From NCBI GenBank assembly GCA_965202665.1, contig OZ241841.1, positions 736,001 through 800,000 of the forward strand: a stretch of 64,000 nt of DNA, written 5' to 3'. Under the pieces are notes generated by a model, which was not told the DNA's origin, made no database searches, and was given only the letters and a program-made list of their open reading frames with translations. This document shows, piece after piece, positions 39,701 to 46,719 of the stretch. Every line of letters starts with the position of its first letter. Position 1 is the stretch's first letter. Origin of the DNA: Candidatus Spongiisociaceae bacterium (GTDB lineage Bacteria; Actinomycetota; Acidimicrobiia; Spongiisociales; Spongiisociaceae). The translations under genes and the position numbers were made by a program.

Positions 39701-42700
39701 CATCCTCAGAAGTAGCCGGACACGCCGCCGCCAACGTAGCCCCCAGTTGCGATCCCGCTATGGTGGCCGTCACCGCCGTCGCCGCGGTCAACGCGGAAGT
39801 TTCTCCCCGGAAACGGGCGGTCACCCCGATCCGCTGAGCGGCGGCCTGCTCCAACACCTCCGCCGGGGAAACCAGCACATCTATCACCGCGTCGTCGTCG
39901 ACGATAGCCAACGAACCCGACACCGCAACCCCGGACGCGTCCGTTCCGCCCAACGTCAACCGCTCGGGTCCTTCCACGCTGGCGTCGTTTGTGATAGTAA
40001 GACCAGGAATAGTGCCGCTTACTGAGGTGGAACCAGCCGGGATGGTCAACAACACCGGAGCAGGCGACGGATAAGAAAAATCAGCCGTCCCCGCACTATC
40101 AGCCCCCACCGACGTTAAAGACACCACCAGCGGGTCGGTCAACTCCGACGACCCCGCCGGCAAAAAGGCTTCCACGCCCACTGTTCCGTCTGCGTCCTCC
40201 GACACGCTCCCCCGCAACCCAGGACGGCTGTCATCATCCGTCACCGTCATCAACTGAGGATCCGCCCCGAAACCCGCCGGAAGGCTGGAAATGGTCATCT
40301 GATAAGTCTCATCCCCCTCCGCCACGTCATCCACGCAACTCACCAACTGCACCGTCGCCGTCCCCGACGTGGAACCAGCCGCGATGGTTATGAACTCCCA
40401 AGCGGTGGGCATGGTGTCCACCGCGAACCCATCCGACGAATAATCCTGATTATAAGTAGCCGTACCATCCACCGTCCGCACCCGCCCCCGCACATTACTA
40501 CCCAACGTCGAGGAGGTAGCCGCGGTGAACACCCCCTCCGCCGACAACCCACCCAGGCGGCCGGTCACCGTCCTGGAAAACGGAGCGGAAGTCATACACT
40601 GGCTGCGGGTGGCCCAGCCCGACTGCGGATCCCCACCCTCCCCGTACGACGCCTCCCCCTCCCCCACCCCTATCCCCACCGTTCGGTCCTGGTCGGTGAT
40701 TTCCAAATCAGCCCCCCGCACCGCATACCCCCCCGCCGAACCCCCGACGCGGATCGTCTCGTTCTCTTCTGATATGGTGTCCTCCAACGGGGTGACCGTC
40801 ACATCCACCGACCCGCTCGTCCCTCCCGACGGAATAGTGATCGTCGCCGGATCCGACTTTGCGTAATCCCCTCCCGTGCAAACCTCGTTCTGCCCCGACC
40901 CCGCGCACGACTGCGGATCAGCCGAACCCCCCGCCGCGCCCACCGTCACCGACACCACCGTCTCCGCCGACACCGCCGCCGGAGCAGTAGCCGTCACCCG
41001 CACCACCCGCGCCCCCCCGTCCTCCCCCACCGCCGTCAACGCCACAGGAGTTTGCGCGGTGTCGGTCAAAGACAAATCAATCGCCTGCCCCGGATCAAAC
41101 ACGCTAATCTCCGCGGACGCCACCGCCACCGCCGCGCCCCCCACCGACGCCGTCCCCGACAACACCAGCCCCTCTCCCCCCTCCGCGTTGCCGTCGTCCC
41201 GGGCGGTCAGCCGCAACGTCGCCGACCCGCTGGTGGCGCCCGCCGGGATGGACACCGTGAACTGATTATTGGTCTTGTCGGAACACACGTCTCCACTGGT
41301 CTGCGGACACACCGCCGACGACAACACCGCCCCACCCGACGCCGCGCTCGCCAACGTCACCGTCACATCAGTCGCCGCCGTCAAAACGGAACTGCTCCCC
41401 CTAAAAGCCGCCCTCACCGTGATCGCCTGCTCCCCGGCTCCTTCCAGCACCGACGACTCCGACACCGTCAAATCAATATCCGCATCATCATCCACAATCG
41501 TCACCGAACTATCCGCCGCCGACACCCCCGCCACCCCCGTAACCACCCCCGACAAAACAAACGTCTCCGGACCCTCCACCACACCATCATCCACCACCGC
41601 CAACCCCCCCAACGCCGCCGACCCCGACACACTATTAGCCGCCACCGAAACCGTGTTCGGGGAAGCGGGCGCATACGTGAAATCAACCGCCGACGCCACC
41701 CCCGCCCCCGGCGCACCCAACCCCGCAGACAAAACAACCGAAGTCGCCGACCCGATCGTAGACGAACCCGCCGAAAACGCCGCCACCCCCACCGCCCCCG
41801 ACAACGACTCCCCCTCCCGCAACGGCTGCACCCCAGTTGTTCCCCCATCAGCGTCTATCGACAGATTAAGCGCCGAATCCGGATCTGTGATATACACGTT
41901 GGGATTCGGCGACAAACTATAACCCGCTACCTGGCTGTTCCCCCACTCAAAACGGAAATCCTCCGTACCCTCCGCCTTATTATCAGCATAAAAGTTGAAA
42001 GGCCACGTCACCGACCCCGACACCGAACCAGCCGCGATGGAAATATCCCTAAAAGAAAAGCCAATCTGATAAAAATCATCTACATTGCCTTGATCGTCCT
42101 CCTGCGTCGCCGACTGGTCCCGAAAATACAACCGCGAAGTAAAACTACTGCTATGAGTGCTGGACGTCGACGGAACAAACACATTATCAACCATCTGCCC
42201 AAACCGGGCCGTCAACCGCATATCATTACGGGTATTGCCCGACGCAGGCTCCGCTACCGTCGACGGCGACACGCTCAAATCCACATACCGATCCCCATCA
42301 TTAATAGTCAACATCGCCGGAGCGACCACCCACTGCGAATTGGAGCGACCCCAAAACACCACCGACTCCCCATCCTCCGTCACCGTATCATCATACGTAG
42401 TGATCGTCACATCCCCCACCGTCGCCATCGAATCACTCGGCTCCATACGAACAGTCACCTCCCCCGTGCTCCGCCCGAAATCCCCCGTGCACACCCGGCT
42501 CTGACCCGAACCCGAACACGACCCCAACGTAGCCGAACCCCCCACCGAACCCGGCGTCACCCACACCACCCTCGAATACCGCGACTCCCACACCGACTGC
42601 CACGACCCGGCCATAGTAGCCCGCACCCGCACCGCCTTCCCAACCCCCTCCCCCACCGATGACAACCCCGCCTCCCCGGTCGCCGTCTCATGCAACGACA

Positions 42701-44105
42701 ACCCAATCACCTTCGGATGAGCCGCGTCGTAAATCTGAAAACTCGTACTCGACACATCCACCGACCTGCCCCCCACCGACGCCGTCCCCGATAACGTTAC
42801 CCCCTCCACCCCCTCCGACGCGCCCCCCTCATCCCGCGCCGTCATCGCAACCGTCGCCGACCCGCTCAACTCCCCCGCCGGGATCGTCACCGAAAACGAA
42901 TTCCCCGCATCAGTACAAACATCCCCGCTCGTCTGCGGACACGCCCCCGACGACACCACCGCCCCATTCGTCGTCGACGACGCAAAACTCACATTCACCA
43001 CCGTATCCGACGGGATCACCGAACGAACCGCGTCCCTAAACCTCGCCGTCACCGTCACCGGCTGCGGAATATCACTCTCCGCGAACGCCGAAAAAGAACT
43101 ATTAGACGACGACACCGACAACGCAATGTTCGTATCATCATCCACAATCGTCACCGGCGCCCCCGACACATAACCACGATCCACCGTCACATAAAACACC
43201 TCCGGTGGCTCCGCCACTCGATCCCCCACCTCCGACAAAGCCTGAAACCTAACATCCTCAACCGAATCCGACGCAACCCACGGCCTAATACCCACCAAAC
43301 GCCGATTCGCCAACACCGCATTATTAAAATGCGCAAACTCGTAATCGCGTCTCTCATCCGTCACCCCCGACACCACCCCCTTCGCCGTACCATCCACCGC
43401 CCTCACCTGCACATCCCCCACACTAGCAGAAGTCAAATTAGCCGTAACAGGCACAAACACCCCACTCGACGTATCCCCCCAACGCAACGACACCGTACCC
43501 GACTGACCCACCCCCGCCATCCCCTCACTAACCTCACTAACAGAATACGCCACCCCCAACCTACGATCCCGATCCGCAATACTCAACCCCACCTCAGTAT
43601 TCGCATACGAAAACCCACTAACTTTAGCCCAATCATAGAGTTTTATCTTAAACGACTCATAATACTCCCGCACCGTATCATCCACCATCCTCAACGTAAA
43701 ATCAATCTGTTTATGAGTGTCTCCACTACCCCAATTAAACCACGAATTGTCTGTGATATGATCATTCCAATTACTAGCAGATGTACAACAGTTACCATGC
43801 AAACCAAACTGATAATCCACATGACGAGTAGCACCACCAGCCGTATTAAAAAACGCATCACCACCTTTATGCGCCGCAGGCGAAATATTCACATGAAGCC
43901 GCAACTGCAAATCCCCATCATTCTCAGCAACAGACGAAACCGGATTATTACTCCGATCCGTAATACTAAACGAAACAGTCGGCACCTGCCCCACCACCCC
44001 CACCGGAACCAACGGCAACAACCCCACCACCAACACCACCGCCAAACCCAACCCCCACACACGCCCCCACACCCCACCGAACCCAACCCCGGACATCCGC
44101 CCCAT
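30738..44105 (-). CDS. Giant (about 4455 aa) secreted surface protein with about 30 Calx-beta/Ig-like repeats, a Gly/Pro linker and C-terminal S-layer-homology-like anchor
   Basis: Open frame of 13.4 kb; ATG at 44105 with GGAGG RBS and hydrophobic signal peptide; repeated DD..EGPET and TIVDDD motifs; C-terminal ITRRQMATF, VTRADMAVM and VTRAQMASF SLH-type repeats. Confidence 0.85.
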   Translation of the reverse strand: MGRMSGVGFGGVWGRVWGLGLAVVLVVGLLPLVPVGVVGQVPTVSFSITDRSNNPVSSVAENDGDLQLRLHVNISPAAHKGGDAFFNTAGGATRHVDYQFGLHGNCCTSASNWNDHITDNSWFNWGSGDTHKQIDFTLRMVDDTVREYYESFKIKLYDWAKVSGFSYANTEVGLSIADRDRRLGVAYSVSEVSEGMAGVGQSGTVSLRWGDTSSGVFVPVTANLTSASVGDVQVRAVDGTAKGVVSGVTDERRDYEFAHFNNAVLANRRLVGIRPWVASDSVEDVRFQALSEVGDRVAEPPEVFYVTVDRGYVSGAPVTIVDDDTNIALSVSSSNSSFSAFAESDIPQPVTVTARFRDAVRSVIPSDTVVNVSFASSTTNGAVVSSGACPQTSGDVCTDAGNSFSVTIPAGELSGSATVAMTARDEGGASEGVEGVTLSGTASVGGRSVDVSSTSFQIYDAAHPKVIGLSLHETATGEAGLSSVGEGVGKAVRVRATMAGSWQSVWESRYSRVVWVTPGSVGGSATLGSCSGSGQSRVCTGDFGRSTGEVTVRMEPSDSMATVGDVTITTYDDTVTEDGESVVFWGRSNSQWVVAPAMLTINDGDRYVDLSVSPSTVAEPASGNTRNDMRLTARFGQMVDNVFVPSTSSTHSSSFTSRLYFRDQSATQEDDQGNVDDFYQIGFSFRDISIAAGSVSGSVTWPFNFYADNKAEGTEDFRFEWGNSQVAGYSLSPNPNVYITDPDSALNLSIDADGGTTGVQPLREGESLSGAVGVAAFSAGSSTIGSATSVVLSAGLGAPGAGVASAVDFTYAPASPNTVSVAANSVSGSAALGGLAVVDDGVVEGPETFVLSGVVTGVAGVSAADSSVTIVDDDADIDLTVSESSVLEGAGEQAITVRAAFRGSSSVLTAATDVTVTLASAASGGAVLSSAVCPQTSGDVCSDKTNNQFTVSIPAGATSGSATLRLTARDDGNAEGGEGLVLSGTASVGGAAVAVASAEISVFDPGQAIDLSLTDTAQTPVALTAVGEDGGARVVRVTATAPAAVSAETVVSVTVGAAGGSADPQSCAGSGQNEVCTGGDYAKSDPATITIPSGGTSGSVDVTVTPLEDTISEENETIRVGGSAGGYAVRGADLEITDQDRTVGIGVGEGEASYGEGGDPQSGWATRSQCMTSAPFSRTVTGRLGGLSAEGVFTAATSSTLGSNVRGRVRTVDGTATYNQDYSSDGFAVDTMPTAWEFITIAAGSTSGTATVQLVSCVDDVAEGDETYQMTISSLPAGFGADPQLMTVTDDDSRPGLRGSVSEDADGTVGVEAFLPAGSSELTDPLVVSLTSVGADSAGTADFSYPSPAPVLLTIPAGSTSVSGTIPGLTITNDASVEGPERLTLGGTDASGVAVSGSLAIVDDDAVIDVLVSPAEVLEQAAAQRIGVTARFRGETSALTAATAVTATIAGSQLGATLAAACPATSEDACTDQANNQFTISIPAGSVEASGSFMLTARSDNAADNDEDLTVSGAAAIGGEAAVVEGTELTIYDPGRSIALSFTDTASTPVPLVDVGEDGGAKVIRVVASAPVAPTSAVVVDVVVGAEGTTAGAGDYSSSADRVSVTIAANDTSGTADVTITPASDTITEDLEIIRFTGSATGYAVVANDLVIQDQDRAVKVMAAEGDLVVREPREGEALTNQYNGILKFFRGMTAVLGGVSGGVFTPSTSSTYSSNLGMRVRVDAGTATVGGQTSTTDDIFHEHGEADDPLEVTINAGALSGNVNIVYAPTAVPVVAVLKDTVAEPDQIFYFRPAVPSGWTAVRETITIQDSNQIAITVDTDSATGTQTTLAEGATGSGVTVSAAYYNATTSVISSATNVTLSAAAPTPAGAGKAVAADFTYTPATPNTITFPANNATPSATATLTGLTVTDDAIVEGPETITISGSSPLGDATPATITIVDDDDDITLSVFPASVAEGSGTQTITVTAAFAGTTSALTAATDVTVTVASASSNGATLAACPSSTTDVCVTGLTSSQLTVTIPAGETSGAATFQLTARDDTTADDDEKLTVTGSATVGGATATVTGTEMSMRDPGRAITLSFTDTAQTPAALTAVEEDGGAQTVRVVATVGTAPTADTDVTVTVGATGGTAALGTLGDYLRSAGEATVTIAANDTSGTADVTITPVQDRVTEDHETIRFAGAATGYAVVPADLQIIDQDRVIKFTLNPDTIDEWASRRSSVVSDGTATLGGTSGGVFTPSTSSTYSSNMNLQAWSPEGSGNSQNTRTIARYHVYDWESYLFYLRKYFNIPSGSLTASQDISHSVEVNNTADPDEAIKRLGARTLPAGFTQERAWIKVRDVTDSRVVFRVDTDGNTMGNQTEIAEGASGTGVEVWAGWPSGVTATRHTTPVTATLTIEEDTEPEAGEAGDADFDYAPPSPLSFTIPVKVAEDLMATPPVVGVSGLKSSSGTLAGLSVVDDSIVEGPETIAFGGTSSLGAGHPVSGELVIADDDADISLSVFPAVVAEGSGAQTITVTARFAGTSSVLTADTAVTVTVAAASSGGAVVSSAVCPQTGDDVCTDKTSNQFTVTIPAGQLLGSGSFQLTAREDSTADDEEGLTISGSAAVGGAAVEVTGTAMTVRDADKAITLTLTDTAQTPAALTEVEEDGGAQTVRITATASAAVGASPVNVTVMVGASGGDALLNTDFTRSSATATITIPAQGTSGSADVTITPLSDTITENREMIWFTGSVAGYGVVAAGLGIADQDRFIRVSPLVDRYTEPLPGGFSYTTHQVGFRADLGGVSGGVFTASTASAYSAGLNNLRVTMREGTALDYTGPCPLVSCDWRWNGNLGQVLVSIPAGSLSATLAASAFSTLQVYRYGPVAEAVETIEVVVAEPAGFTVVAGIISIVDEYDTRVALQVDTDGDVDGDQTVIWEGGSGSVSVSGSFRSGTVNEVGSDVVVALSTAVETPGAGKAVAADFSYAPSSPNSFTIPGTEVDHDGDGSDPMATPPGTPDRLVSYSLVPATLTGLTIVDDTIVEGPETFLVNGTSSLGAVTAATVTIGDDDVDVDLSVSPSLVAEGAGAQTITVTARFKGSSTVLTEAVDVAVQVAGASGGAALAAAPCPQASGDACTDKTGNQFTVTIPAGSLSANGTFQLTARDDNVAEGAEALTVSGSAMVGGLAVDVESAVVNVVDRGIELSVSSGGSALTGLGEDSGSTTVRVTATLPVASSTPVVVGVNVTGGSATLDDDSMFGAGEDFRVSYPQGSPPAGYGMGISIPAGRVSGWADIVVAVNDDRAAEGAAETISVDGAVASGSVLAVVDTAFDITDNDSGITLNVTADALEEDGDGRAARVTASLAGTTSQIGVATVVTLSFAAGAGTEAADYTAPGAGSEITVTIPAGSVSSSSTALTGLGITDDAIAEVGETIQVGGTTPGLSVTPASLTIQDDDSVIVLTASAAAAEGGTGSGITVSAAFQTGTTSSEIATATAVTLTVGDGTAVSPADYQNSGTYTVTIPAQATGAAAGTALTGLTVKHDDITEGRETIIISGTSALGAAASAVLAVADADTALTISATPDLLVERPNHYIVTVTAAFDNVASSARTAAVPVTVTLADDTATHGTSNDWYTNLPSNRQLTVNIPAGRTSGAATFRIVARADSTGESTERVSLTATAQVDGSAVTATAARLEIVDQGVTLGWANNTGTPLTAIAEDSGTTTLRITASIPVVAPAGGAVIGVNIANGTAAPAAASTGFGTGEDYRITLPTSPAPPAGYDLAVAISAGETSGHATVTLQVNDDNTAEGASEGADPETIHIEGGTLTLGGSTLPVIGANLNITDDDQAPDEITITLQTPGGADLAQIFETTATTPVVVKAAYQGTNTLPHSVIVPLGVAKVGDTAIPDTDYKDVTSPPSITIPAYQTQGTARFDLEAIDDDDPESPETITVRGDPDDTLTAFTVGEDTLTLVDDESAVTLSLDVAQAAEGTRQNVTVKAAFSAGVTQTAQKTIRVTVNNGTATAGEDYQTLAPFDIRIPANTNYATTNITLNLTPDDRVYEGNETLELTGSHSQFTVRPVTFTITENDAQPNRITLSASPNRINEGASARVRITASLGSVALTQDMQVPVTLGTGESYEPGPGTHTITIRAGQTSGYIDIDMRINDDPTQENAKQIRITPGDVTGFTATATTITIPANDAPAVTTTPTGGGGGGGGGGGGGGGGGGAPAPAPPPAAGGGGGGGGGGGGGGGGAPPPAAGGGAPPPAGPAPPVAPPPAPVACQGRFCDDDGSVHEDNIELMAVWGITIGCDANDSTKYCPSAQITRRQMATFIYRAVNPRWPIQFPTGIEIADVPADASYRSYADWLVSIGAFQLDGGNFNPRGIVTRADMAVMMVAAFPHIQAVSESQNLFADTANLDAAVVRAIEGIAESEVTRGCTTTPPLRYCPNNPVTRAQMASFFVRVINQAPTTTDDAAGASS
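31350..31570 (-). repeat. Low-complexity poly-Gly/Pro-Ala linker coding repeat
   Basis: GGC/GGA/GGT runs encoding two long poly-Gly tracts with PAPPP spacers. Confidence 0.85.
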
Positions 44106-44194
44106 CACCAACCTCCAAACTCTCCAACGACGAACCAATACCAAACCCGCCGCCGCAACAGGCCACCGAACCCACACAGAGCCCAGCACCCAAA

Positions 44195-44222
44195 ACCCTA
44201 ACCCCCCCCCCCAATATGTCAA
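44195..44222 (-). promoter_or_regulatory. Sigma70/SigA promoter of the giant gene with a G11 tract in the -35/-10 spacer
   Basis: Minus strand TTGACA (44222-44217), TATT-G11-T (16 bp), TAGGGT (44200-44195). Confidence 0.7.
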
Positions 44223-44299
44223 ACCGCCGCCCACGCCCAGCCGCTGAAGCGGTTCTTCGCGTTTGAGGGGGGAGTAGGGGGTTGGGGGGTATTGAGGTG

Positions 44300-44826
44300 G
44301 TGGGGGCGTAGGAGACAGTTGAGGGCCTGCTGGTGGGGGTGCGATTGGAGGGGAGACCGCGGTGCGGGGGCGGGGTGTTGAGTAAGGGTTGGAAGAGGGC
44401 GCGGTTGGTGGATCAGCCTAGTTTCGGCCGGTCGGTGATTCTGGAGTGGCGGAAACACCGGGGGCGGTGTCCTGATGCGGGGTGCGGGTGGGGTCGTTTA
44501 CGGAGCAGGACCCGCGGATAGCCCCAGTGCGAGCCCGATTGACCACGCGGGCGGGTAGGTGGGCGACATGGCAGGTGGGTCGGGGGCGGACGGTGGAGGA
44601 GGAGGAGGAGGAGGAGCTGGTTTGCTCGTGGCATACCGCGTCCAAGGAGGTGAACCGGTGGTCCAAGCAGGAGAACTCCACAGGGAAGTACGCGACGCAT
44701 GGCACGCTAAAGAAACGTACCAGGAATCTACCAAACCAACCACCCCCCCGAAGGCGACAAATACATCCGCCTGCTCGCCGCAGACCTCCAAGACCAACCC
44801 TGCTCCCCCGAAGTCAGCCAACTCGG
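44300..44826 (+). mobile_element. ISL3-family transposase remnant (frameshifted, internally deleted)
   Basis: Fragments RLVDQPSFGRSVILEWRKHRGRCPDAGC, SFTEQDPRIAPVRARLTTRAGRWATWQVGR..LVCSWHT and EVRDAWHAKE resemble the ISL3 zinc-finger, HTH and DDE regions; (GAG)n expansion near 44600. Confidence 0.65.
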
Positions 44827-44863
44827 ACCAACCTCGGCCTCAAGCGTAAGCGGGCAGGTTGGA

Positions 44864-45499
44864 TCAGAGGGGGAGGGGGGGGCGGTAGAGCCAGATGAAA
44901 CCGGCCAGCCAGGCCGCGTACAGCAGGGCCGGGGCGTGCTCCCGCCAACGGGGAGAGGCGAATTGCCGCACCAGCCACAGCAAAGGAACCCCCGCCGCCA
45001 GAGCCGCCGACACTCCGCTCCGGGCCGTCAGGGACAACTGATCGGGAATCAAACCGAACAGGTCGGAGAAAGAAACCAGGCGCCGGGCGAACCCGGCTAA
45101 AAGCCCCGCCACCGGCGCGAACACCACCAGCCCCACCGCGGTGGCCGCCGCCGACTCCCAAGCTTTGGTTCCCTCGACGTGATCCGAGGCGCGCAGGCCG
45201 CTCTCCACCGCCAACCCCAACAGGAAAGTTCCCAGCAGGGCGGTCACCAAACCGGACGACAGGGCTTCCGCCTCCGGCCCGGCGATGTCCAACGTCCGCA
45301 CCCCCGTCCCGTGCACCAGCAACCCCAGCCCGGCTCCGGTCACAGCCGTTCCCGCCACCGCCAAACCCACCCCCCACACGGTGCGCCACGAGCGCAAAGT
45401 CAGCCCCGCCCAGCGGCGGAACTCCGAGCCGGCCTGCAGAAAACCGGGCAGGCCCTCCCCCGCCCGCAACCGGGACCAACCCCCCCGCATGCGGCTCAC
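44864..45499 (-). CDS. Hypothetical membrane protein (intact source of the amplified fragments)
   Basis: About 5 hydrophobic segments; last gene of the glc operon with overlapping start. Confidence 0.65.
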   Translation of the reverse strand: MSRMRGGWSRLRAGEGLPGFLQAGSEFRRWAGLTLRSWRTVWGVGLAVAGTAVTGAGLGLLVHGTGVRTLDIAGPEAEALSSGLVTALLGTFLLGLAVESGLRASDHVEGTKAWESAAATAVGLVVFAPVAGLLAGFARRLVSFSDLFGLIPDQLSLTARSGVSAALAAGVPLLWLVRQFASPRWREHAPALLYAAWLAGFIWLYRPPLPL

Positions 45500-46719
45500 G
45501 AACCCGTCCCCGCCAGGGCATCCCGGTACAACTCCACCGGATGGGCCACCCGCACCTCCCCGCCCAGGTAACTGCGCAGCTGGATTTCACATCCCGGGTT
45601 GGCCGACGCCACCGTGTCCGTCCCGGCGCCCCGCACTTGGTCGGCTTTGGCCCGGCCCAGCATGGCCGACATTTCCGGCTCCAACATGGAATAGAGGCCG
45701 GCAGCCCCGCAACATTGCCCGTCCGGGTCGATTTCCACCGGACGCAGGCCGGCCGCGGCCAGCACCTGCCGGGGCTGGTCGGTTATCCGCTGCGCGTGGC
45801 GGAGATGGCACGGATCCTGCACCGCCACCTCCCTCCCCCGCTCCTCCAGCCGGGGCAGCCGCCCGTCGGCGATCGCCTCCGCCACCACCTCGGTAATGTC
45901 CGCCGTTTTGGCGGCCAACTCCTCCCCGCCCTCCGTCCAATGCCCGTACTCTTTCAAATGGGCCCCGCATCCGGCGGCGTCGGCCACCACCAGATCGACT
46001 TCCCGGAAAGCGGCCAAGTTGACCTCCGCCATCCGCCGGGCCTCCCCCGCCCACCCGTCGTGGGCGGCCAGGGCGCCGCAACAGGTCTGGTCGGGCGGGA
46101 CAATCACCTCGTAACCCGCCCGGGCCAGCAACTCGGCCGCCGCCTCATGCACCTCCGGGAACCAAACGTCCATCACGCATCCGGACAGCAAAGCCGCCCG
46201 GCCCCGCGCCTTCCCCGCCGCGGGCTGCGCCTCCCCCGCCGTCGGGCGGCCGCGCCGCGACATGGGGCGGAGGCCGAGCAGCGCGGAGCGCATAGGGCGG
46301 GGGGCCAACCGGTAAAGGCCGGTGCGGCGGGCCAGAACCGCCATCCGGGTGACGGCCCGCAAAGCCGCCCGGCTGCGCAGCAACCTGGTGGTGGCCAGGC
46401 GGCGCATCCGCCGGCCCGGCCCCGGCGACTGGACGGCCGCCTCCGCCCGGGCTCCTTCCATGGCCCGCCCGAAGGGGACGAAAGACGGGCAGGCCGTCTC
46501 GCACGCCCGGCACTGCAGGCACAACCCCATCATCCCGGCGAACCGGTCGTCCACCGGCATGCCCAAAGCGGCGGCCGACATGGCCGTCAGACGGCCCCGG
46601 GGGGAGGCGGTCTCCTGGCCGGTGAGCCGGAAAGTGGGACACGCCGGCAGGCACAGGCCGCATTGGATGCAGCCGTTCAGGTCGTCCCACAGGGGGGCGT
46701 GCTCCGTCACCCAGGGCAT
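45496..46719 (-). CDS. glcF: Glycolate oxidase iron-sulfur subunit
   Basis: CIQCGLCLPACP, CLQCRACETACP and two CCG domains; ATG at 46719. Confidence 0.85.
   Translation of the reverse strand: MPWVTEHAPLWDDLNGCIQCGLCLPACPTFRLTGQETASPRGRLTAMSAAALGMPVDDRFAGMMGLCLQCRACETACPSFVPFGRAMEGARAEAAVQSPGPGRRMRRLATTRLLRSRAALRAVTRMAVLARRTGLYRLAPRPMRSALLGLRPMSRRGRPTAGEAQPAAGKARGRAALLSGCVMDVWFPEVHEAAAELLARAGYEVIVPPDQTCCGALAAHDGWAGEARRMAEVNLAAFREVDLVVADAAGCGAHLKEYGHWTEGGEELAAKTADITEVVAEAIADGRLPRLEERGREVAVQDPCHLRHAQRITDQPRQVLAAAGLRPVEIDPDGQCCGAAGLYSMLEPEMSAMLGRAKADQVRGAGTDTVASANPGCEIQLRSYLGGEVRVAHPVELYRDALAGTGS

Noticed and set aside
30738-44105. Diversity-generating retroelement acting on the giant protein
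   Set aside because: No reverse transcriptase and no template/variable repeat pair differing only at adenines was seen
44106-44234. N-terminal extension of the giant ORF with poly-G as a coding frameshift switch
   Set aside because: A better RBS and ATG lie at 44105, and the tract sits between -35 and -10 boxes
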